Assembly (NCBI GenBank): GCA_035644955.1 | Contig: DASQNN010000020.1 | Span: 1 to 44,468, forward strand | Length of the DNA: 44,468 nucleotides | Direction of reading: 5' to 3' | DNA from: Nodosilinea sp. | GTDB taxonomy: Bacteria; Cyanobacteriota; Cyanobacteriia; Phormidesmidales; Phormidesmidaceae | Part shown: positions 37,987 to 44,468 of the stretch, one piece after another | Position numbering within the stretch: position 1 is the first letter of the stretch | How the letters are laid out: the number at the start of each line of letters is the position of its first letter | The notes under the pieces: model-generated | What the model was told of the DNA's origin: nothing | Databases searched by the model: none | What the model saw: only the letters and a program-made list of their open reading frames with translations | Program-made: the position numbers and the translations under genes

Positions 37987-38703
37987 CTAGCTCATCAGGC
38001 GGTAGCGCATACCCTCGGCAATTTTTTGGCCCAAATAATCAGGGATCAGGCTCTCATTCGGGCCCAGTAAATAGAGAATGAGACGAGTTCGCCCCCGCCA
38101 AACCAGCAGGTTGGCATTGACCACCAGCAAATCTTCCTGCCAAATGGCGTACATCACTTTGTAAAACAGGCCCGGTTGGTTGTCGGCCTCAATCAGCAGC
38201 GCCGGCAAATGAAAAACCGGATCCACATAAAACTCTGTCTCTACCCGCTCCAGCCCCGCATCCAGATTAAACTCTACGGCCAGCATTTCCTCCACCTCAA
38301 AATGCCCGGCCAGCGTTTCTTGAATGGCACGACAGACATTCTCGGTGGTTTTAGGACTGAGCACTTTACCGCCCCGCGACACCACCAGCTTAACGAACAC
38401 CAGCATGGGCGGGTAAATCTGTCCGTAGAGGCTGATGTTATGAATAGTCAGGCCGTAGGCCGCCAGCACGCCAAAGATATCGCTCAGCAAAAACGACTGG
38501 TTGCGATAGACAAAGTGCAATGCGCTCCTGCTGCCCTCGGGTTTAATGTCGAGAACAGCCTTGCGCTGCTTGTAGAGCTGGTAGGCCAGGCGCAAATTCT
38601 GCAGCTGAATCTCGCTGCTGACAAACTGCTCATAAAATTGCGGAAAGGCACGGTTGAAGCGCTTCAACAGCTCAACCGTTGAGGGGTTTAAGCCAGCGGC
38701 CAT
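37987..38703 (-). CDS. Conserved cyanobacterial protein with two ACT-like domains (GlnD C-terminal-like)
   Basis: HFVYRNQSFLLSDIFGVLAAYGLTIHNISLY and LLIEADNQPGLFYKVMYAIWQEDLLVVNANL resemble the ACT consensus D(R/Q)PGLL..I...L...gl.I..A.I. Confidence 0.7.
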   Translation of the reverse strand: MAAGLNPSTVELLKRFNRAFPQFYEQFVSSEIQLQNLRLAYQLYKQRKAVLDIKPEGSRSALHFVYRNQSFLLSDIFGVLAAYGLTIHNISLYGQIYPPMLVFVKLVVSRGGKVLSPKTTENVCRAIQETLAGHFEVEEMLAVEFNLDAGLERVETEFYVDPVFHLPALLIEADNQPGLFYKVMYAIWQEDLLVVNANLLVWRGRTRLILYLLGPNESLIPDYLGQKIAEGMRYRLMS

Positions 38704-39188
38704 GGTTGGAAGGATGGAACTCCATGGAGGTAACGTTAGCATCTGCCGCATCAGGAAACCCTAGCCAAGCAAGAACATACCCCCGTCCTAACGCTTTTAA
38801 CAGCCGCTGTCGTCGGGGAAACCTCTTAAGCTCTGTAGGCCTCTGCTCTACTCTGTCTTTGCTCTACTCTCAGGGGCGGTGGATTCTAGGTCCTGTACTT
38901 GTCGAGGCAGTGGGTTCTAAGTCCAGCTCATTGCCTTCCCGAGGTGCTAGGCGTCTCTAACTCCCAGCCCGGTCCCAAGGTCCTAGGACGACTAGAAACC
39001 GCTCATCCCAGAACAGCCAGCATAAATCTCAACATCGTCAGAGGCATCGGGATTTTATGGGGATATACTATGAGAAACGGTGTTCAGCCCTAAGTTTAGC
39101 CTTAGCTGTGGCTCTTGTGCTGCCTTGTTTAGAGGCTTAAACTTATGCTACTGATCGTTGTGCCATTTCATTACCAGACAGGGCCTGC

Positions 39189-39710
39189 ATGGGTTTTTGG
39201 AAAAGTCTTTTTGTCGGATCTGATGGCGCTTCGTCTGGGGAGACAAGGTCACCGAATACCGTCCTAGAGGCCCTGCCTGAGCAAGGGGAAGGGTCAACGA
39301 TTGTGTTTAGCACCGATCGCGACCTCGATCTCTACGAACTCGAAGAGCTGTGCAATGCCGTAGGCTGGGCTCGACGGCCCATCCGCAAGGTCAAAAAAGC
39401 CATTCAGCACAGCTACCTAGTGGTCACAATGTGGGAGCAACGGGGTTCACGTCGCCGTCTCGTAGGGTTTTCGCGCGCCACCTCCGACCACGCCTTCAAT
39501 GCCACCATCTGGGATGTGGTGGTCCACCCCGACTTTCAGGGCCGCGGATTGGGCAAAGAGCTAATGCGTCAGCTGATTAAAAAACTGCGCAGCGAAGATA
39601 TCAGCAACGTTACGCTATTCGCCGACCCTCAAGTGGTTGAGTTTTACAAAGGTCTCGGCTTTATGCCCGACCCAGAGGGGATCAAGGGCATGTTTTGGTA
39701 CCCAGACTAG
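39189..39710 (+). CDS. ycf52: GNAT N-acetyltransferase (Ycf52-like)
   Basis: MGFWKSLF start, [40 protein letters not shown] (acetyl-CoA motif) and GIKGMFWYP end. Confidence 0.88.
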   Translation: MGFWKSLFVGSDGASSGETRSPNTVLEALPEQGEGSTIVFSTDRDLDLYELEELCNAVGWARRPIRKVKKAIQHSYLVVTMWEQRGSRRRLVGFSRATSDHAFNATIWDVVVHPDFQGRGLGKELMRQLIKKLRSEDISNVTLFADPQVVEFYKGLGFMPDPEGIKGMFWYPD

Positions 39711-39744
39711 TTTTGGTACCCCAGATTTTTGGTCACCCAGATTA
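39693..39744 (+). repeat. Three degenerate tandem copies of the GNAT gene 3' end
   Basis: TTTTGGTACCCAGACTAG / TTTTGGTACCCCAGAT / TTTTGGTCACCCAGATTA. Confidence 0.8.
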
Positions 39745-39788
39745 ATAAATACCCCTGAAAAGGCTGTCTTCAGGGCAAAATGGAGCCC

Positions 39789-40199
39789 CTAAGCCCGGGT
39801 GAGCGCCTTGGCCTGATGAATCCAGAGGTTGACCTGATCGGCGGTGGGGCAGAGATCGTTGCGCTGGAGGGTGGCCACGTGCAGCCGCCGCAGCTGGGTA
39901 AACAGTCGTTGGGCCGAACAGGCGGCCAGCTGCGGCACTGACATAATGCCCGCGTGAAGCAGCAGCCCGTTAAACTGGCAACCTACCCCAGGCACCCTGG
40001 CCAAGTCCGCTAAGATCACCCATTTGGTGACGTAGCGCAGCGGCACCTGAAGGGTCTTGGCCAGCGTTTGGCGGTGCTCAACAGAGACTCCGTAGCGACG
40101 GAGTTGATCAGTACTGTTTAGACCCAATTGCGCCATGCCCAAGGCGTGGGCGGGGCTAATCCCTGGCAGTTGATCTAGGGGGTAGGCTGAAGTGGCCAT
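39789..40199 (-). CDS. DUF4332-domain (helix-hairpin-helix) protein
   Basis: LDQLPGIS...WVILADLARVPGVGCQFNGLLLHAGIMSV.QLA...P...V..WI.QAK. ATG at 40199. Confidence 0.85.
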   Translation of the reverse strand: MATSAYPLDQLPGISPAHALGMAQLGLNSTDQLRRYGVSVEHRQTLAKTLQVPLRYVTKWVILADLARVPGVGCQFNGLLLHAGIMSVPQLAACSAQRLFTQLRRLHVATLQRNDLCPTADQVNLWIHQAKALTRA

Positions 40200-40299
40200 A
40201 AAGAAACCGTATTGAAGAGAGCAGGGATAGGCTGGGTAAACAAGCAGGCGGTGACGGTTAAGCAAAAAAGCAGGCTATACTGATTACGACGTTGGTCTA

Positions 40300-40373
40300 C
40301 GGGATGTAGCGCAGCTTGGTAGCGCGCCTGCTTTGGGAGCAGGATGTCGCAGGTTCAAATCCTGTCATCCCGA
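40300..40373 (+). tRNA. trnP: tRNA-Pro (anticodon UGG)
   Basis: CGGGATG...CATCCCG-A acceptor stem, D-arm GCGC-AGCTTGGTA-GCGC, anticodon arm CCTGC-TTTGGGA-GCAGG and T-loop GTTCAAATC. CCA is not encoded. Confidence 0.97.
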
Positions 40374-40535
40374 TTTTGAGTGCCCAATTTTGAGTATAGG
40401 TGCTTTGCCTGGGCGGCTAGTGCGACTGGCACAGAGGCCTTCACAAATCATCCTCAGTCTGTAGTATCTATAGTCAGTGATACCGACGGTCGTTGCCCGA
40501 CCCCCCTGCCGTTACTACAGCACGACGTAATACCT

Positions 40536-41276
40536 ATGCGACAGCTATTTTCCTCCCTTTTGCGGCCTCTTCCCCTGATGACTGCCCTGGTTAGCGGCAG
40601 TCTGCTGGGAGGTGGCTTGGTTATGCCCCTACCCGCCGCCGCCCTAGGTGAAGAGGCCATTGTCGATAAACTAGAGCAGGTGCCGGTCTTTGTGATTTTG
40701 AACTCTGACGGCCAGCCTTTGACCGCTGCCGCTGAGGTCAACAACCAAGAGGTGAAGGTGCCGGTAGTGTTTATCGACGGCGAAGCGGCCGAGGAGTTTT
40801 TGACGCGCGCCCAAGCAGAGGATCCCAGCGCTCAGGTAGCTCTGGTTGATTTAGGAACCCTTTACCAAGAGACAGTACTCAACGATGCTGAGAAGGTGCC
40901 CCTGCTGTATCTACCCATCAGTAACGAACTAGAGGCGGCGACCCAGCTTCAGTCGAATTTTCAGGGGGTGCCCCTGTTTCTAGCGCGCCAGGGTGCCGAT
41001 GGCCCCTACCTCACCCTCAACCAGGAAGGTGAAGTCTCGGTGCCCATGTTCTTCTCTCGCAGCGATTTGCAGACCCTGCTGAACCGCTACCGCGAGACCA
41101 ACGCCGAGGCCGCTAACAATATCGTGATTCAGGTACTGTCGCTGGAGTGGCTGCTGGCCACCATGACCAGCAACAACGACCCCGCCCTAGATGCCCAACT
41201 CAATCAGGTGCGGCTATTTCCCTCGACTGAGGTATTGAACTACATCCGGGCCCAGGAGGCGGAGGAGAACCCCTAA
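40536..41276 (+). CDS. Tic22-family periplasmic chaperone
   Basis: Signal-peptide-like N-terminus ending PAAAL, then KLEQVPVFVI.NSDGQPL, FQGVPLF and VPMFFSRSDLQ. ATG at 40536. Confidence 0.88.
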   Translation: MRQLFSSLLRPLPLMTALVSGSLLGGGLVMPLPAAALGEEAIVDKLEQVPVFVILNSDGQPLTAAAEVNNQEVKVPVVFIDGEAAEEFLTRAQAEDPSAQVALVDLGTLYQETVLNDAEKVPLLYLPISNELEAATQLQSNFQGVPLFLARQGADGPYLTLNQEGEVSVPMFFSRSDLQTLLNRYRETNAEAANNIVIQVLSLEWLLATMTSNNDPALDAQLNQVRLFPSTEVLNYIRAQEAEENP

Positions 41277-41308
41277 GCCTTAAGTTTAAGGGGCCTTTCA
41301 GCAACCCT

Positions 41309-41340
41309 AACAGGGCAGGCCGTGGCCTGCCCTGTTTTTT
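41309..41340 (+). terminator. Intrinsic terminator between convergent Tic22 and phosphoketolase genes
   Basis: AACAGGGCAGGCC-GT-GGCCTGCCCTGTT followed by a T-run. Confidence 0.85.
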
Positions 41341-41355
41341 CCCTACTGTTTATGG

Positions 41356-43560
41356 CTAGCCGAGTAGCGCCTTGGCCCGGGCGGTGAAATTGGCGGCGGT
41401 CAGCCCGTTGAGGGCCATAATTTGTCCGGCGCTGGCGGTGGTTTCGCCTCGCTTCCAGGCGAAGGTATCGCGGGGGGCCGTGCTGCGCAGCATGATGGGC
41501 TCTAGCACGGCGCTAGAGCCGCCGGTTACCCCAATCAGCACGTCGCCACCGAAGAGGCGATCGAACCCGGCATCAGCCAAGAAATGGTTGTCGGGTTGGG
41601 AGCACATATCCCAGGCGACGTCGGAGGGGCGGTAGAGCTGGCGGGGGTTGACCACCGACACAATGCGGCTACCGATGCCGCTGGTGGCCAGCTGTTCAGC
41701 GGCCTCAAACACCGGCAGCAGCGTCATATCGCCGATAACGGCAAACACCACGGTTCGATCGCCTGGGGTTGAGGCCAATTCTACCGCTCCTTCGGTCAGA
41801 GCCTGGCGGGTCTGCTCAAAGGTGGTGCGAATGGGCAGAGGCGACTTGCTAGCGGTAATGACCACACCCTTGTTGCGGGTGGTTAAGGCCCAGTCGAAGC
41901 ACACCTGAATGCCGTTGGCGTCGGTGGGGAAGAGGGGGTATACGTTGCCGTTGCGCATCATGCCGGCAAAGTAGTTTTCGACCTCGGGGCGCTGGTGGGT
42001 CCAGCCGTTGCGGCCCTGCTCTAGGGCACCGGCGGTAAACAGGGTGATGGTAGAGGGGGTGGGCCGGCGTAGCTCGGCCATGGCCTGGGTGACGGTCTGC
42101 CAGATGGGCAGACCGTTAATGGCAAAGGATTCGTAGGAGCACCAGAGCGTTCTTGCCCCAAACAGCGCCTGGGCGGCGGCCAGACCCGCGCAGGCGTCTT
42201 CGCTGAGGGGTTCGTACACCTGACCCTGGGGCTGCTGGAAGTAGGTGGCGTCGGCGGTAGGGTGGATGATCTTAAGCGCCTGGTTGATGTTGTTGATACC
42301 CGAGGCGGCGTTGCCGTCGGCGTTGGTGACTACAAACTGGGCATCTTGCTGGCCGACATAGCCCACCAGTACCCCCATGGCGGTGGTGGCGACCTGCTTG
42401 TCGCCACCCACGGGAAACTCGTTGAGGGGCAGGGTACCCAAATCGGCCAGGGGCAGCACGGCTTCTGTCACCGCTGTTTTTGCCCCTGGGCCACCCATGG
42501 AGCGCTCGTAGTTGGTGCGCACCAAGGCCCAGGCCTCAGGGTGCAGGGCGCGGGTGGTGAGGGCGCTGACGATGTAGTCGCGCTGGAGGGAGTCGCCGGG
42601 GTAGAGGTTGTGGGACTGGGCCCCGCGCTTGTGAACACCAGCGCCTTTGAGCTGCTTCACGATCAGCACCGTGAGGACGCCGCCGAGGGCGAGCTTAGCG
42701 GCTTTGTCGGTAGCCTCTAGCACCGCCTGGGTAAAGGCAAATCGCTGGGGAAAGGAGAAGGCGGTGCTGTCGACGTAGTCGCCGGGCTGGTTGGCGTCGT
42801 CGTAGTCTTTGGCATCGACCAGCACCACCTCCTGAAAGCCGTTGCCCCGCCAGTAGTCGATCATGGCCTGGTTTGACTTGGTGGAGACCATGCTGTGGTG
42901 CTCCTGGCTGTAGCCGTTCCACACCAGAATGGGCAACACGTTGGTGGCGCTGGGGTAGGCGGTGTTGAAGTGGCCAAAGCTGCTCATGATGTACGGCTCG
43001 CCCAGGCCGCCATCGCCGATAGTGACGGGGAAGAGCACGCCGGGGTGCAGTTTGGCCCCGGCCATGGCGAAGTGCTGGCCCTGGCCAAGGGGGCCAGCGG
43101 GGGACAGCAGGCCAGGGATTTGACCCGACAGGTGGCCCAACAGGCCGTGGGTTTCGCGGAAGCGATCGCACAGTTGCTGCACGGTTTCGATCCCCATGGC
43201 TTCGAGGGAGCGATCGAGGAAGACATTGCTGTAGAAGCCGGGGGCGTGGTGACCGACCTCGGTCATGATATTTTTATGGCCCAGCATGACTAGAGACGCG
43301 ATCACCTCGGCGATACTGGCAAAGCCACCGGGGTGGCCCGACTCTTTGCTGGCGGTCATTTGCAGGGTGAGGTAGCGCAGCCCATCGGCAGCCAGGAGGG
43401 TTTGATAGACGGCGGCGGGGTCGCTGGGGGAGGCAATAGCCGTTTGCCCTGGGGCGATCGCGGCTGCCTGACCGTAGGCAGCAAACTCGGGCGGCAGCGA
43501 GCCAAAGTGCTGAATGCCTTCACAAAAGGCCGGAATCGATTGTGTGCTGGCAGCCGTCAT
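41356..43560 (-). CDS. Phosphoketolase / transketolase-like TPP enzyme
   Basis: SGHPGG, EVGHHAPG, AGPLGQG, TPP motif GDGG...N(G), YEPLSEDACAG and EQGRNGWTHQRP. Confidence 0.85.
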   Translation of the reverse strand: MTAASTQSIPAFCEGIQHFGSLPPEFAAYGQAAAIAPGQTAIASPSDPAAVYQTLLAADGLRYLTLQMTASKESGHPGGFASIAEVIASLVMLGHKNIMTEVGHHAPGFYSNVFLDRSLEAMGIETVQQLCDRFRETHGLLGHLSGQIPGLLSPAGPLGQGQHFAMAGAKLHPGVLFPVTIGDGGLGEPYIMSSFGHFNTAYPSATNVLPILVWNGYSQEHHSMVSTKSNQAMIDYWRGNGFQEVVLVDAKDYDDANQPGDYVDSTAFSFPQRFAFTQAVLEATDKAAKLALGGVLTVLIVKQLKGAGVHKRGAQSHNLYPGDSLQRDYIVSALTTRALHPEAWALVRTNYERSMGGPGAKTAVTEAVLPLADLGTLPLNEFPVGGDKQVATTAMGVLVGYVGQQDAQFVVTNADGNAASGINNINQALKIIHPTADATYFQQPQGQVYEPLSEDACAGLAAAQALFGARTLWCSYESFAINGLPIWQTVTQAMAELRRPTPSTITLFTAGALEQGRNGWTHQRPEVENYFAGMMRNGNVYPLFPTDANGIQVCFDWALTTRNKGVVITASKSPLPIRTTFEQTRQALTEGAVELASTPGDRTVVFAVIGDMTLLPVFEAAEQLATSGIGSRIVSVVNPRQLYRPSDVAWDMCSQPDNHFLADAGFDRLFGGDVLIGVTGGSSAVLEPIMLRSTAPRDTFAWKRGETTASAGQIMALNGLTAANFTARAKALLG

Positions 43561-43650
43561 GCGTCAAACCCCTAACTAGCGTGAATAAAGCGGTACTGGC
43601 CCTTACCCGGCCTGCGTCAGGAAACGGTTTGCCCGGCAGGCTGGGCCTTG

Positions 43651-43777
43651 TATAGCCATCGCCAGAACCGTTAGGACATAACCTATAGCCCTGAAGCGAT
43701 GGCTATACGCCATTGCGCTGCCCTAGTTTTCAACCGTGGCAGGGCTTGGTGTCCTAACCGCAATGGCCATCGCTATA
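43651..43777. mobile_element. MITE-like 127-bp element with 28-bp imperfect TIRs bounded by TA
   Basis: Left end is TATAGCCATCGCCAGAACCGTTAGGACA. Right end reverse-complemented is TATAGCGATGGCCATTGCGGTTAGGACA (22/28 identical). No coding capacity. Confidence 0.7.
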
Positions 43778-43898
43778 TACAGCGGTCAGACCTGTTAACC
43801 ATCCTACACAGGGACGGGGGCACGGCAACGCAGCGCACCATTGTGATTCTAGCGGGCGGCAATAGTGGCAAACCAATCAAAGCCCTGAGCCGTTGTCC

Positions 43899-44351
43899 CT
43901 AGCCCGCCGATCGCAGCAGCACCGGTAGCCAGCTCAAGGTTAGCCCCAACAGCGCCAGACCCGACAGCCAGAAAAAAGCGACGCTATCTCTCACCCCTAC
44001 GATCAAGTTGTCGACTCGGGCCAGCAGCGCCACCGCCACCAGCATGGCGAAGTAGGCAAATAGCTGAAACTGGGTTACAGCCACCACCGCTAAAGACGCC
44101 AGGCTCAGCGCCATGATGAAGTACCCTGTGTCAGACTGAAACCCCAGCAAAATAATGCGCCGAAGCAGCGGCCAGAATAGGGTGATTGCCCCTGCCCCGC
44201 CAACCGCCAGCACCGCGCTGATCAGCCAGGCCGCCAGACCTGCCTGCCGGTTATGCAAAAACCCGCCGTAGGTGGCGTGGGCAATGACCATGAGCACCCA
44301 GGAGAGCCAGTGAACCCTGATTAAGGTGTGGAGTGACCGGTCTGGTGCCAT
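43899..44351 (-). CDS. Hypothetical integral membrane protein
   Basis: 150 aa with about 5 hydrophobic segments and a FQSDTGYF motif. Starts 18 nt after the upstream 4Fe-4S gene. Confidence 0.75.
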   Translation of the reverse strand: MAPDRSLHTLIRVHWLSWVLMVIAHATYGGFLHNRQAGLAAWLISAVLAVGGAGAITLFWPLLRRIILLGFQSDTGYFIMALSLASLAVVAVTQFQLFAYFAMLVAVALLARVDNLIVGVRDSVAFFWLSGLALLGLTLSWLPVLLRSAG

Positions 44352-44369
44352 GGCGATCGCAGAAAGCGG

Positions 44370-44468
44370 TTAGAGGTTTGTCGAAATGGCCTGCACCGGA
44401 CAGGTGGGTACGCACTGCTCGCAGACAATACAGCGCGATCGCGAAAAGGTCAGCCGGTAGGTTTCTCC
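44370..44468 (-). CDS. 4Fe-4S ferredoxin-like protein, C-terminal part (likely NIL-domain/dicluster type; runs off the window edge)
   Basis: Manual translation gives GETYRLTFSRSRCIVCEQCVPTCPVQAISTNL*, containing CxxCxxCxxxCP. Confidence 0.85.
   Translation of the reverse strand, partial: GETYRLTFSRSRCIVCEQCVPTCPVQAISTNL

Larger units (their letters stand above)
1..44468. repeat. HIP1 octamer (GCGATCGC) dispersed throughout the window
   Basis: Many occurrences by eye (e.g. 2376, 2619 and repeatedly inside CDSs). Hallmark of many cyanobacteria. Not counted exactly. Confidence 0.9.

Noticed and set aside
39091..39145. Imperfect inverted repeat TAAGTTTAGCCT / AGGCTTAAACTTA upstream of the GNAT gene
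   Set aside because: It is short and bulged with a long loop, too weak to call a regulatory RNA from sequence alone.
28429..40373. Integrative element bounded by the integrase and tRNA-Pro
   Set aside because: The interval is filled with core genes (hemH, hrcA, rbcR, devH). I found no duplicate of the tRNA 3' end and no compositional shift.

Overview
This is a 44.5 kb, GC-rich chromosomal window from a cyanobacterium. Evidence: psbI, hemH with a C-terminal CAB helix, rbcR, devH, Tic22 and dense HIP1 (GCGATCGC) octamers. The style suggests a filamentous non-heterocystous Nodosilinea/Leptolyngbya-like strain (inference). Most of it is core genome: lepA, a GAF histidine kinase, tyrA, a degenerate DinG-like protein, mrdA, dxr, a GH38 alpha-mannosidase, psbI plus a DUF3769/LptD-like gene, proA, a divergent smtB-smtA zinc module with two operators, an infC with an AUU start, a lone tyrosine recombinase, hemH, hrcA, rbcR, devH, tRNA-Pro(UGG) and a phosphoketolase. 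Four genes are missing from the ORF track: psbI, smtA, the start of a DUF4058 gene and the end of a 4Fe-4S protein gene. I found no CRISPR array, prophage or complete IS, and no large novel system that the sequence alone can prove. The best leads are: (1) a DnaD-like hypothetical behind a textbook NtcA-type promoter; (2) a 16-8-16 inverted repeat abutting the orphan recombinase; (3) a MITE-like element with mutually exclusive folds upstream of the phosphoketolase; (4) a roadblock-like plus ferredoxin pair divergent from rbcR with tandem T-N11-A boxes; (5) a stand-alone GlnD-type tandem-ACT protein; (6) a decayed DUF4258/YgiT toxin-antitoxin islet.
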